Origin: Leucoraja ocellata
Lineage: Eukaryota
DNA length: 64,000 bases
Reading direction: 5' to 3'
NCBI GenBank assembly: GCA_036785375.1
Contig: JAWMAR010000307.1
Location: 248,001 to 312,000 of the forward strand
Shown here piece after piece: positions 63,116 through 64,000 of the stretch. The position numbers were made by a program, and so were the translations under genes. The number at the start of each line of letters is the position of its first letter. Positions within the stretch are counted from its first letter, which is position 1. The notes beneath the pieces were generated by a model, which had not been told where the DNA came from, did not search any database, and was given only the letters and a program-made list of their open reading frames with translations.

Positions 63116-64000
63116 TCACCTGGACCCAATGACTTGAATGTGGGCATTAGAAATAAGTAGATGTAGACAAAGAGAGAGTATGGATTATAATATATTAGAA
63201 AATAACATTTGCAAATAATGTAACATTGTCGAAAAACACTAATTGAGTTAAAACTGCAAAAGTGACTCCGATTAAGAAGGAGAGCCAGAAATGAGCACGA
63301 AAAATGCCAAATAGTCGAACATCTATCAGAGGGGAGATATTGAATGCCATGATTAAGCAGATAATATCCGGGTGCTTAGGGTTCATAAGCGCTTCTAACA
63401 GATTGTTCATCATTTTTTGAAAAACCAACGGTTTTTGACAAAGTTGTTGTAAGTCTTTGAAGATGGAATGTGTGTCCTGGTTTGTATTTGGATGAGGTAC
63501 TTGCATAGATCAGTGATGATATGTCAATTGTTTACAATGCATATTAATAACTTCAATAAATGGACCGATTGCCGTGTTAGGCCTTTTGACGGCACACATA
63601 GTGTTCCGGTGAGAAGTGTCAGGCTAACACAAAGAACCTGCAGTGTGATGTGTACAATGGGTACCGAATTGGACGATGCTTTATGAAACATTGAGGACAT
63701 CATATTGGAAATGAAGAAGGAAAGCAAGTACTGACAATATTATTTCAGTGAGGTGTACCTTCAAAATTTTGTGGCGCAAACATTTCTGAGCAACCAGATT
63801 ATGACACACAAAATATTAACCGGAGGTGCAGCAGCCGTCTTGGGAGGCTAATGGAATGAAGCTTGTATTGAAGTGGGATAAATAAACAGTTTGTGGTACC
63901 TGCTGAGATTATCTCCTCCATTAACTGGTGAATAGGGGTGGGGACCGGATAAAGCCTGGGAAGTGATAAGTGAAGGAAATGTGTAGGGAGGATCTGCAAT

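Noticed and set aside
43500-63999. Second Ig cluster or other host gene upstream
   Set aside because: I found no Ig-domain exons or paired RSSs. The ORFs there are TE-derived or short and featureless.

Overview
Eukaryotic DNA from a cartilaginous fish, most likely a skate or ray (inferred from the cluster-type Ig locus and the repeat families). The only host gene is a complete, unrearranged IgM heavy-chain cluster on the minus strand (about 27.1-41.3 kb): leader-VH-D1-D2-JH-Cmu1-4/secretory tail-TM1-TM2. All RSSs (23 / 12-22 / 12-12 / 23), splice sites and reading frames are intact by manual reading. Two conserved residues are altered: VH Trp41 is Leu, and the TM 'YS' dyad is 'YG'. The J-Cmu intron holds a diverged inverted duplication with a perfect octamer in each arm, a candidate intronic enhancer. 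Bases 110-17905 are a degenerate 10-11-bp telomere-like satellite (TAAACCCCT[C/G]) carrying same-orientation retroposon insertions and a 28-bp minisatellite in which most units contain TTAGGG. The rest is nested TEs: CR1, Rex1/Babar, L2, a Daphne/Crack-like LINE, Penelope fragments with hammerhead-like cores, tRNA-SINEs, and hAT- and Harbinger-like MITEs. There is also a ~3.4-kb direct segmental duplication and two assembly gaps. TE family names come from motif recognition, not database searches.
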